Below, in pieces: positions 1 to 11,127 of a DNA stretch of 64,000 nucleotides. The position numbers and the translations under genes were made by a program. The stretch covers positions 23,560,001 through 23,624,000 of the forward strand of contig JBHGNT010000005.1 in assembly GCA_043228905.1 (NCBI GenBank). The letters run 5' to 3'. Below the pieces are notes generated by a model. The model ran no database searches and had not been told where the DNA came from. It saw nothing but the letters and a program-made list of their open reading frames with translations. Source of the DNA: Azolla caroliniana. Lineage: Eukaryota; Plantae; Polypodiophyta. The first letter of the stretch is position 1. Each line of letters starts with the position of its first letter.

Positions 1-681
1 CATCGAGGTGAACATCATTGATTTCCCGACCAAGCCGCTCCTAGATTATCGTTTCAGAGCATTTAGAGGACAAATGGGACTACAACAAGCTAGAGAGAAT
101 GATATAGCAAAAGGAGGAGAAATGCACAAGTCAAAAGAACGAAGAGTCGACCAAGCTGAAGAGCCGATCAAGCTGAAGGGCCAAGAAGCTAATTGAGCTG
201 ATTGAGGCGACAAAGCAAAAGAATTGACAATGCCGACCAAATCCAACTCGACCCGATTCGAAGAGTAGTTCATAGGTTGTACTTCTCTAACAGATTGTAC
301 TTAGGTTTACCGGGGATCTGACCCCTCCCCTAACTATTGTATTAATTAGAGTAGTCCTTTTACGTGGGAGTTTGTTGGGCCAAAAGGTCCTACTCCAACC
401 AAACCATTGTATGTCTAATGTGTACTAATCTTGGAGTTAGGGCAAAGCCCATTCATGTATAAATAGGAGGTACTTACCCCTTGTAATTATGATGCAGAGT
501 AATATAACGTCTCTCTTTGCCAAAACAGTCTCTGTGTACATTCTTTGTGTATAACTGATTGTAGGAATAAGAAGATAACAATCTCATGCTTACTCTACAT
601 TTGTTGGTTCCTCATCCAGATCAATACACATTTTTCATAGGCTCACATAGTCGCAATAGTCGACCAACCGGCCACAAAACA
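1..681 (+). mobile_element. 3' end of a Ty1/Copia LTR retrotransposon (RNase H C-terminus, PPT, 3' LTR)
   Basis: ORF 8-196 begins NIIDFPTKPLLDYRFRAFRGQMG, like the Copia RNase H end (N-x-AD-x-x-TK-x-L...RF..LR..+G). Purine-rich GTGGGAG precedes TGTTGGGC at 373. The LTR is homologous to the Copia LTR at 46456-46784. Confidence 0.8.
373..681 (+). repeat. Copia 3' LTR
   Basis: TG...CA ends with an internal TATAAATAGG. Clearly alignable by eye to the reverse complement of 46456-46784. Confidence 0.75.
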
Positions 682-2296
682 GTATGTGAGTAACCTCGTG
701 ACAATGTCACATGTCCCCCTCCAATGACCAACATTTGCATGCTGACAGAACTATACATTTCTTACGACATGTTGGGATCGATGGGTAACGAATGCTAAAT
801 AGAAGATGAATCCAAAATCTATTGATTTTATAGATAATATGACCTAAGAAGTTTGAAACTACCTAAAGATACAATGAACCAAGTGAGAGAAACATCACAC
901 ACAAACCAAACAACATTCCCTAAATGGTTAGCAACAAATCAATGGTCATGATCAATAACAATAGTGAGTGAATGGTTGGTGGCAAATCGGTGGCCATGGG
1001 CAACACCAAATTGCCATTAACTAGCAATGGCAATAATAGTTGGGGGGATATCTCATTATTGGCCAAATTTGACCTTTCATGGGTCAAACTTTGACATATC
1101 CTTCTCATCTCATCCATGTTCTTATCTTATCGTTATTTTTTCTTTCTTTTGCATTTTATTGGTCTTTCCTTCAAACCACTCACTCTCTTTCATGTTGTTG
1201 AGCGAGCCTAGCGTTGAAGGGAATGTATGCATAATATCTGTGTGTGATCCAGAGTAAATGGGGTTATGATAGTAATACACCATTAAAGGAAGTGGAATCA
1301 TTATGTGTAGAAGAAACATATAATTCTCTTCGATTACATATGTAGATTGGTTATTATCACCAAGTTTAAGTAACATCTTGTGGGTTGTGATAACTTTATT
1401 TGCATGTAATGTTCCACCCCCTTGATATATGATGCATTTAGGCACTCCCTTGTGCACACTTACTCTCTCTCAATACACCTCACTTGCATTCTCTTGCATA
1501 AAACCAATGGAATGAGAAGAAGGAACGACAAATGAAAGGAGCAGATAACAAAAAGCAACACCAATCCTACTCATTAATGAACCTCAATTAAAGGATTACA
1601 ATGAAGTAGGGTAAATCATTTCTCACCTTCCCAATACTAAGAGAACGAAGGCTACATTTGATGAATTCCTTCTCCCCCACTACTCCTAATTCTCATATCT
1701 CATTGTTTAACACATGTATCCTTTTATATGATGTTATATGTCCCTCACCCGATAAACAACAATTCCATAACAATTGGAGCAACATAAGTCCATGCACCGT
1801 AACTTACCCACCACATACCACATGCCCCATAAGTGAAAATAGAGTAGGTGAGAGGCCAATTAGATCACCTAAAGGAACCACTTTGAACACAACCAGAGAA
1901 CTCATGACTATGAGATGAGAGACATAATTGGGAAACATCGAGAGGTTGAGTCAAGACTCCTCAAACATGATAGTATAATTGATACAAGATGTCTTGTGTG
2001 GCCTTAGGATGGGTCAACATCATCCAACTTGTCATCTCATTTTTATCTTTAGTTTGAGTTGATTGTTTTGCATCTCAATTGCTCATAGTCTCATAAAACA
2101 TGTTGGCCTCTTAAGATATTTTAGTAGTCTTCTTCTTCTTCTTCTCTGTCACTTTCTATAGGGAGAGTATTTGAACAAGAAAGATGGAACTTAGAGGCAA
2201 AAGTGAAGGCCAATATTTTGTATGAAGTACAACGGGTATTTTACAATTAATTGTGCATGTAATAGTGTGTCCCTATTGAATATGATACAATATACC

Positions 2297-2882
2297 TAAC
2301 AATCGGCAATGGTTCGGTTTGAACCGAACCAAACTGCGAAACTGCAACTTAACGGTTTCAACGGTTTGGTTCAGGTTTAGGTTTTTAAAAATGGTTCGGT
2401 TCGGTTTTAATAGCCACAAACAACGGTTTAAACGGTTTAACAATTTTTTATTTTTTATTTTTTTAAAAACAAATTTAAAAAAATTTAAAAAATTTGTAAA
2501 AATTGTTTTTAAATAATCTTTTCATTTTTAGACCTTATTCTCACATTTTAAGAACATCTTGAAAATTCAAAAAATTTTAAATAATGAAATATTATAAATT
2601 TAAAATTTAAAAAATTTAAAATTTAAAATATAAAATTTAAAATTTAAAAAATTTAAAATTTAAAATTTAAAAAATTTAAAATTTAAAATTTAAAATTTAA
2701 AAAATTTAAAATTTAAAATTTAAAATTTTTAACGGTTTGAAAAATTTTAACGGTTTGGTTTAACAATTTCGTGGTTCGGTTCGGTTTGGTTCAGGTTTTT
2801 TAAAATTTAAACAGTTCGATTCCAAACCGGTTCGGTTTGGACCCTCTCAAACCGAACCGAATCGAACCGTTGCTGATTGTTA
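2297..2882. mobile_element. hAT-type MITE
   Basis: TIRs TAACAATCGGCAATGGTTCG / CGAACCGTTGCTGATTGTTA. 8-bp TSD AATATACC / TATATACC (7/8). Subterminal AACCG/CGGTT motifs and an AT-rich (AAATTTA)n core. Confidence 0.8.
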
Positions 2883-2914
2883 TATATACCCTCTAAATTA
2901 GGGTGTGCAGGTGG

Positions 2915-3936
2915 TGTGCATAGCTTTTGAATGTTCAAAGGCTTGACTTTCACAATGTTCTTTTAATAGAGTCTTATAATTCTTTAATTCTTTATTAGTT
3001 CTCCCATTCTTTGCCATGTTTTTTAAACTTGCACAAACTGAACAAACATCCATTCAGATCTTACGAGGTATAACCACATTGTTAAATCGCAACCTCCATA
3101 ATAGATTGAAATGTCGATATTGTATGTAAGGTACACATTCTAACAACATGTCATCCTTATACGCTTGGTATACCTCATGACGAGTAAATAATATCACATT
3201 GCTTTGAGAAATATGTCTCCATCCACCAAATAGCATGGCGCCCAATCAAAACCTTAGATCTAGATGTATTATTGTCGAAAGGTACCCATGATCCCTTTAT
3301 TAGATGTCGTTGAATTCATTGGAGCCTCATATTACCAATGCTATAAGCAATTTTCAATGCAACTCGACAACATTTAATACAAAGTGTAAGGTAATATTCA
3401 ATATGCCTTGAATTAGCTGTTATTGTGTGATCCAAAATTAGTTGCATATGTGGAATCAGAAAAGTATCTTGTTCTTCACATTAAGTGATAAGTACTTTTG
3501 TCGTAATACCCCAAAGTTTGCCTTTCCAAATTTATAAGGACAAAGACTCCCACAACACTTATTTGTATCCAATGCAATTTGACGATCTGAAGTAAAAAAA
3601 ATAAAATCTTTTTACGGTAACTTGTCGAGGAATTGTTTTAAAAATGAGAGGTGTATTTACGCAAGCTTCGTCACTAGATGTATCAACCTTGTCACTATTT
3701 GCACACCTTTTGCTCATTTGGAAACGACTTGAGCTGAAAGGCTCGATCGAAAAAAGTGAGTTTGAGCTATGCATAACATCACAATTCGATCTTTGACGTT
3801 GGTTGTTTTGAACACCTAGGTGGTTGTACGCATCAATTGAGAATAACGAGTTGTTAGATAATGTAAAAGGGTCTACAGAAAATAAAGAAATTTTACTAAA
3901 AGTTGAAGACATCTTGCTTATTTTCGTTGAGATCAA
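2915..3936 (-). pseudogene. Degenerate DNA-transposase N-terminal fragment (Sola-like CxxC...H type), truncated before the DDE core
   Basis: ORF 3054-3245 plus read-through of a stop gives RHFNLLWRLRFNNVVIPRKI*MDVCSVCASLKNM...YKTLLKEHCESQAFEHSKAMH. This F..LW...F..V.IP-CxxC-x~22-H pattern precedes the catalytic domain in Sola-like transposases (recalled family knowledge). Confidence 0.5.
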
Positions 3937-6017
3937 ATGGGTAGAAAAGTAGTAGAATTGCTAGAAAATAAACCATATATTTGGTAATAAGCATATATAT
4001 CTCCATAATGTACAATTGGTAATTTTTAAATATCTTCTTCTAAAATTTTTAAATTTTGTTTTCTAATTTTTTAGTTTTTTTAAAAATTTCTACTTTTTTT
4101 TAAATTAAAAAAAAAATTCTATTATATAAAGAAAGGTCTTCTCCTCATTATTATTATCATGTTTAAGAAGTCAAGGAGCTCAAGAGCACAAACGATCAAG
4201 CACTCTCAGGTTTTGGCTTCTTGAACATTTCTTGAATCAAGGAAAGAAAATTGCCAGGTATGTTTTATTCGCCCAAATACCAAGATTCCAAAAGGTGCTT
4301 TTTCATCTTCCTTCAATTTTTTGTTTTTTTCAAAATGTTCACCAACATCAATCTGATGCAGTGCATCGGATTTCGGTTGAAAGTTGAAAGCCTTGTGCTT
4401 TCAACCAAAATCTGATGCACTACATCAGATTGAGTCAGAAAAAGTTAATTTTTTCTCAAAATCAAATTAGTTTTAAAAGGAAAAAGGCTCTTGTCTTACG
4501 GGCTATAGGAAAACTTTTTGGCCTGAATTACTTAATTTTGTGCTACTTTTTGCTAATCTGAGTGTTTTTCCATTTTAGTGAGGCATGTTAGAATGGGCCA
4601 ACATTTAAGCTGAAGATCTACTCTCCAACCAAGACGGGCTCCGAACGCTCTCCACCAAAGAGGGGGTCGGATAGCTTTTTACTAGACAAGTCTCGTAGGA
4701 TGCTCTTCGAATTTGGTAGTGACGAGATGTCTAAGTCATTGGTGGCTCAACAGGTTGAAGAGAACCCGATGGAACAGAAATTGAAAAACTATGTGGACTT
4801 AGAGTGGAGCTTAGTATTCGTTGAGGAAGATGGAGTACTGCTCATTTTTGCAAGAGCGAAGGCAAAGGTAAATTAGAGTTAGGCAAGACTTTCACATATG
4901 GGAAACTGCAAAATCTCGAATATGAAGATAATGATTTTGCCACTTTCCTCCTAGATGTGGAAATCTCGGATGGGAATAGATGTGTTCGAGTTGCCACGCT
5001 AAAATTTTACGTAAAGGTATACAAACCAAAAATAACTTAATTGTTGCTTGCTGCCCTTATGTCATCGGGGAGCTGATGATCAGAAACGTTGAGATACCTC
5101 CAAAAAAGTCTCGAAAGTCCAAATCGGAACATAAGAAATATAAAAAAAGACCTACTTTACCTGATGACGATGAACTCGATGTCTTGGAGTTTGTAGAGGA
5201 GGAAGAGAAGAGACCAAGTTGTTAGCTTGGGACCATAATAATGATGGTGATTACAAACAAAAGATGTCTTGTATTGAACAAATCAGATTTTTCATCACGA
5301 GTACCTTGATGCATTGCAAAGATATGGTCCCAAACTACATCTTGGACTGCGTCGATAATGTTTGTTGGAGGTGAGGATAACAGTTGATGAAAGCACAAAA
5401 TCAGAAGAATTGAGAAAATATGACTCGTGGTTTTAGCCAACCTTTAGAATAGGGGAGATGTGGGATTTACAAGATAAAATATTTAGCATGTGGGAGTGTA
5501 AAGAGATGAAAGATCAACGGGTAAAGAAGGCAAAGATAGATCCCCAAGTGGAGATAAAGTCAAAGTCATGTAAAAGTGACTTGATCATTGAAGAGATTCC
5601 ATAAGATATGAAGTTGCTTCCTTGGCGGCCGCTGCAGAGCATCAAAGATGATCGGTTACTTATATTTGTACGTTTGCAAGTGGCTGCCAAAGAATTCAGC
5701 TTAGACGAGATGGTTAGTGAGTTTCAGAAGTAAGTATTAATGATTGGTTTTTCTTTGATTGGCTTGTTGTTTTGTTTTGATGATTGACCAATGATTTCTT
5801 TGGTTTTTAGCCATAAAGTATGCATGAAAATCCAAGAGTTAATGATGAAGAAATTGTCCCTGCCAACATGGGAGGAAGTAGAGCAGGCCTTCCATGTGAC
5901 TTCATCTTATAAGGCTTTGGAAGAATTCTTCATTATATTTAGAGAATGGGTATGTGTCTTTATATGTTTAATTGATTTCTTTATCGTGGTATTTCCAAAC
6001 CAAATTGATCTTTGCAG

Positions 6018-6316
6018 AAACCACCTCACTCTGAAAAGGCATGAGATAGATGAAGGCATTTCAAGCTCGTTTATTACACACTTGGAACATGCAGAGTATG
6101 ACAAGAGAATGACGAAAGGGAAGGAGTTGGAAGTTACAACCGAAGATTCAGAGACTGTCAAAAGTTTTATGCATAGAGTCAACCATTTTCGACAATTGCA
6201 TTATAGTGTATTTAATGGGGAAGTAGGTAATATGCTTAACATATTACCAAAGAGGCACTACACATTGCCTATTGTTGATATACCATATCATCGATTCTGG
6301 ATCATGGGATCCATGT
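6018..6316 (+). pseudogene. MTase exon with catalytic motif IV (DIPY, 6277-6288)
   Basis: Acceptor TTTGCAG at 6011-6017. SVFNGEVGNMLNILPKRHYTLPIVDIPY parallels the bacterial consensus IxxGDxxxxLxxLPxxSVDLIxxDPPY. Confidence 0.8.
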
Positions 6317-7790
6317 TGTCGTGAAAATCCGTCACTATGTGCGGATCGCGAGGCGGAACTGCCGGGGTTCTTGACTAGAAGGATTTAGTGCAACACGTAC
6401 AACACAAGCAAAATTCACATATAAGATGAGTAGATGAGAGAAAACGTTTGTTTATAGCATAAGAAAATAGATTCTTTTATAATTCAAGAATCTTGTTACA
6501 ACGGGTTGGAGATGAAAATGAGAGATAATTTTTTTTAAAGAAAGGAGCCAACAACCATGTAAGGAGTGGTCCAATATGCATATGAGAGATAATTTTTGAC
6601 AAGAAAGATTGAGCAAGCCAAGCCAAGAGTTTGATATCAATCTGAGAGATAATTTGTTCCCTAAGGAAATGGGAGAGAAGAAGAAGGAAGAGGCAAAAAA
6701 AAAGTAGAGGGAAAAAAATGGAACATATATTCAGCTCTTTGTTGATCCTCCTTCCCAATGTTACTTTGCATGTCCACTTTTAGTTGCATGCTTCCATTTT
6801 TAGTTGCATGGCCTTGGCTTTTAGTTGCATGCGACTGTCCGTATTTAGCCTGTGCACAATCCGTACGTGCGTCGCAACCAAACCATAGACGCGTCCACGC
6901 ACAAAAGTCCCAACCGCGCCGTGTACGCATCTGCGCGCTTGTCCGCACACACGCGTCCGTCTGAAACGTCCACGCGATCGTGCACACGTCCGCGCGCAAA
7001 AGTCCCGACCGCGTCTATGCTTTTAGTTGCATGCGACTGTCCGTATTTAGCCTGTGCACAATCCGTACGTGCGTCGCAACCAAACCATAGACGCGTCCAC
7101 GCACAAAAGTCCCAACCGCGCCGTGTACGCATCTGCGCGCTTGTCCGCACACACGCGTCCGTCTGAAACGTCCACGCGATCGTGCACACGTCCGCGTGCA
7201 AAAGTCCCGACCGCACCACAATGTATGCATCCATACATCCGAAACTTGCACGCGCACGTACGTCCGAAAACGTCCACGCGGCCATGCACATGCGTGTACG
7301 CTCGAAGCATTAACACGGCCATGCATACATGCACACGCGCGTACGCCCGAAGCATTAACATGACCATGCATACACACGTACGCCTGAAGTGTGCACACCG
7401 CACAGTGTAGCCAAAGTCACCTTGAACATTCTGTGCTCCACACATTAATAAAATGAATATGTTTTGGTTTCCCTTATATATCCTAGGTGCCAATGTTGTC
7501 CTATCTATGTGGGATATCTCACAGTTTTGTCTTTTCTTTCTTCTTCTTCAAACTTCACACTCACATAACTTGATACTTGTTTATCCGTTTCATGCGTAGT
7601 AAAATACGTTATAAAGCTCTTGAAGACATCTATCTATATGAATACATTAAGCTAATATTAAATAATTGTTTTACTAGTTTTCATATCGTTTGTGGAAAAA
7701 CACACAACATTTATCTATATGAATACATTAAGCTAATCTTAAATAATTGTTTTACTAGTTTTCATATCGTGTGTGAAAAACCACACGACA
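6317..7790. mobile_element. Solo-LTR-like insertion inside the MTase exon
   Basis: Ends TGTCGTG...CACGACA form a 7-bp inverted repeat (TG...CA). 4-bp TSD ATGT/ACGT. Removal restores the frame (GS|TYDDVPY). Confidence 0.7.
6817..7214. repeat. 202-bp GC-rich tandem duplication
   Basis: The unit starting GCTTTTAGTTGCATGCGACTGTCC at ~6817 recurs at ~7019, near identical. A further ~81-bp duplication lies at 7626-7790. Confidence 0.85.
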
Positions 7791-8116
7791 ACGTACGATG
7801 ATGTGCCGTATAAGTACCCCAAAATTGAAAAGATGGTAAAAGACCTTTGAGATTTGACCCTTGCACCACTATGAAGGATTGTAATATTTCATAACATGGC
7901 TCCATCATTATCAGTTACAAGTTCTTACAACTGCGTTGAAGTTGCAATGTCATTGAATTGAACATCAACATTGGTAAGTTACAAGTTGTTTTTATTTATT
8001 ATTATAAATGTTGTTTTAATATGTGCCAAATGTATTTTGAACACTATTGTATAATATAAATAGGATTAAAACAAATATCACACATAACCTAGGAGATCGA
8101 ATGGTTAGTGTAGTGG
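7791..8116 (+). pseudogene. MTase middle exons (7791-7973, 8064-8116)
   Basis: TYDDVPYKYPKIEKMVKDL*DLTLAPL*RIVIFHN...CH*IEHQH. The GTAAGT..TAG intron at 7974-8063 splits the Trp codon of WIKTNITHNLGDRMVSVV (WxKxN motif of beta-MTases). Confidence 0.75.
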
Positions 8117-8699
8117 TGTGTAGGATCTATGTATTGATGGAGTTAGCTCCTCGATGTCGTTTGCGGAGTTCAGACCGACGTATACCGTTTTGATGGCGAA
8201 TCGAGGGGAGATGGTTGTTGGGCACCTCTGAGCCTCACACTCACTTAACGATTAACAGATGATTAAGCACAATATCTCTCTCACTCTCTCAAGCTCGTTC
8301 TCATAGACAATAGGGTAATGAATATAGACAATAAGAGTAATGAATATGTTTATTAACCCTCTTTGCTAAGAGGTCTAGCACCAACAAGGAAGAGAGATTA
8401 GTGTTCTCTAACTAAACACTTCACTAATCTCTCTTAAGCTTAAAGGTTACAAGAAGGAGGAGAGGAAACTCTAGCTCCTAATCATTAGGGAGATCTTTAC
8501 AAATGGAAGAACCCTTACAAAGCCACCACCATGTGGTTTATATAGCATTTACATTTAGGGTATGGACCTATCACACTTGGATGTCTTTTAGCCCTCTTTC
8601 CTCTTGCCATTCCCTCTTCGTAGGTCCTTTAGCCATACTATGTCCTTGTTGATGCGCTCTTCTTCATTACCGGTCGTGGTGCGATCCAAGCGCTTAACA
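8117..8699 (-). repeat. Element A 3' LTR
   Basis: Direct repeat of 41922-42506, roughly 95% identical by eye; adjacent PPT. Confidence 0.9.
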
Positions 8700-8736
8700 T
8701 CCCCCCGAACCTAATGAGTTCACACTCCTGGGTGCA

Positions 8737-9207
8737 CTATGTGAGGGGAGCTTCAGGCGTCGGGGGCGGGAAGGATAGAGGAGGGGGGTTTGTCGGGGGG
8801 TGTTCGGTGACGAGTTCATGGGCCCACTGGATTGGTTGAGGATTGTGTGCGCACTTGAGGAACTCACTGGTGATACGGTTGATGGCATCAGTGTCACCGA
8901 TCTGGGTGATGGCGCTACAACGATCGTGGAGGTGAGGGGGAATTTCGGTGAAACGCCAACCTTCGCGTTCAGAATACTCGGTCGGAGTAGGTAGCGGGGA
9001 TGATGTTGGGGACGACGCCAGGGGCCTTCGTGGTGCGGAAGGGAATGCCATCCACCAACAAATGTAGCATAGTGCAAACGTCTGCGACCTTGAATTGGAA
9101 CTCGACAGGGGTAACATCCGCGAAGGCGTGCATGAGAACGTAGCCGATGTCGGGGTAGTGCGCGTGGAGGGGCTTGGTGAATGGGGTGGACGCCATCGAT
9201 TATAACC
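8737..9207 (-). pseudogene. Extra ORF of unknown function between element A internal region and 3' LTR, with splice acceptor
   Basis: Overlapping ORFs 8969-9196 and 8737-9249. The minus strand reads CTAATCTTTGTCCTAGCAG|G (branch point plus acceptor) just upstream of MASTPFTKPLHAHYP. Confidence 0.4.
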
Positions 9208-9469
9208 TGCTAGGACAAAGATTAGTATAGCCGTATGAGAGTGTACCAATTCTTACAATCCATGGCCCTTGTCGACACACCAATATGACCGATGATTAGT
9301 GTATTTATCGATTCATATGAATGACTTATTTTGATTAGTTATAATTATTATAATTGAAAGTAGTATGAGGTGTTTGGAGGGATAGTGATATTTATATTTA
9401 TATTTTAACGGGACGGATGGGTTAGTGTCTAGGTTGTGTTTGGGCGGCGGGGGTCTCTCGACGGATTGG

Positions 9470-9768
9470 GGGTGAGTGGTTTGAAGTTCTTCGAATTGAG
9501 AGTGAGTGGTTCGAAGAGGGCTTCTCTTCGAACTGGGGGTGGGGGGTTTGACGTTCTTCGAACCGGGAGTGAGTGGTTCGAAGAGTACCTCTCGTCGAAC
9601 CGGTAGGAAGGGGTTCGAAGATTGTCTCTCTTCGAACCGGTGAGGGGTTCGAAGAGCGTCTCTCTTTGAACCGGTGGGAAGGGGTTTGAAGCGTATCTCT
9701 CTTCGAATTGGTGGGAAGGGGTTGGAAGGGTGTCTCTCTTCGAATTGGTGGGAAGTGTCTCTCTTCGA
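9470..9768. repeat. ~34-bp tandem repeats in element A
   Basis: Recurrent GGGTTCGAAGAG..TCTCTCTTCGAACCGGTGGGAAG units. Confidence 0.75.
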
Positions 9769-11127
9769 AGCACTAGACCGCGTGTGAAGTGGCCAGATGC
9801 GACTGCCAGTGCCAAGGGGGTGGCAGAAACGACATGGTAGTCATCGTGGCCGCCGTAGGAGGTGGGAGGTTTGTGGCATTAGCGGGGGCCGAGTGTGAGA
9901 GCATAGGAAGAGAGCAAAAAACAGAATTTTAGACCCACCCGAGGGTAGAGTGTAACGCGAGAGGGGCTGGAGCGCGATCACAGAGGGAGGAGTAAAAGTG
10001 GTGAGGGAGAAGAGAGAGTCGTGAGGGGGAAAGAGGAGTGGGAAAGGAGGGAAAAAGAGAGAGGATCTAAAAATACCATGAAAAATAAGATGTAAAAGAA
10101 CGAGACAAACAAAAATAGATAGGCCACGAGTAGAAATAATCGGCGGAGGGGCCCCTAAAAGTAAAGGGTAACTCTAATATTGTAAATACTAATAAATATA
10201 CCGGAAAAGACAAAATTGCGGGCGAGGATGTTACAAGTAATGAATAAATAAATTATTGTCTAATGGGGACGGTAACAATGGTCGGGGGAGAAGATGGGCC
10301 GAGTAGTTGATGAGCGAAGTGACATAAGGTATGGTGAGGGGTTAACAGGGTGTGGGGTGGGTCGGGGTTTATGTGCGGGGGGGTAGTGTTGGATGGGAAT
10401 CCACCGAGGATTTCATGAGAGTTTGGAAAATTTAGGGGATTTTGGGTGGGGTTGAGGTGGCGGGTGTGGGGGGTGCGTGTTCAAGTATTGTTTGAGGGTC
10501 TTTGTATGCCTTTAAGGACCCAAACCTGTGAAGTCCTTTCAAGGGGGAAAAGGGGGGTCTATGAGGTAGTTCTATAGGGAATTCGACCTCCTAGTTGCTG
10601 ATTCTGGTCGATGTCTATGGCCTTAAGCTGGGCGTGGTATTTGGATGATGTGTGCATTTGTGGGGAGTCCTGTGCAGTCGTGGTATGGTCGCGGGTGGGA
10701 AGCCGACTTTGTTTCGGGACCCAGAAGCTAGTGGCACCTTTGTGCCAACCTTGGGCGCTGTGAGTGCTTTTCTGACTCGCCAAATAGCACGTTCTCCGCG
10801 GTGTGGTCCTTCGGCGAAAGTCGCGTGGACATTCACCCATTTGCGTGGCGCAAATGTCCTTGTTCCGATGTTAGCGTTTCTCTGGCGTTGGGTGGCCGGT
10901 GGTTGTGTGCATTCTTTTTGGTTGGGTAGTTTCGCACTCTGGAGTTCGTCGAGATCGGTGGGGCGTGATTCGAGAGTTGTTGCAACGAGTTTCTCGAACC
11001 TGACATCATTTGCAGTTTGGAAGGAGACGATGTTCTTGCTTGGCGACATGAGACATTCGCTTATGTGACACCAATCCAAACTGAGGAGGCACGGGGTGTA
11101 CAACACTTTCGGTGGGAGAACCCGAAC

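Noticed and set aside
700-2290. Short ORFs and possible decayed coding sequence
   Set aside because: No motif I can recognise and no termini; left unannotated.
6661-7493. Multiple overlapping Cys/Arg-rich ORFs
   Set aside because: Artefacts of a GC-rich, stop-poor duplicated repeat inside the solo-LTR-like insert.
7800-7811. DVPY (in TYDDVPY) as the MTase catalytic motif
   Set aside because: DIPY at 6277-6288 follows the expected hydrophobic strand and upstream consensus; DVPY lies in the following loop.
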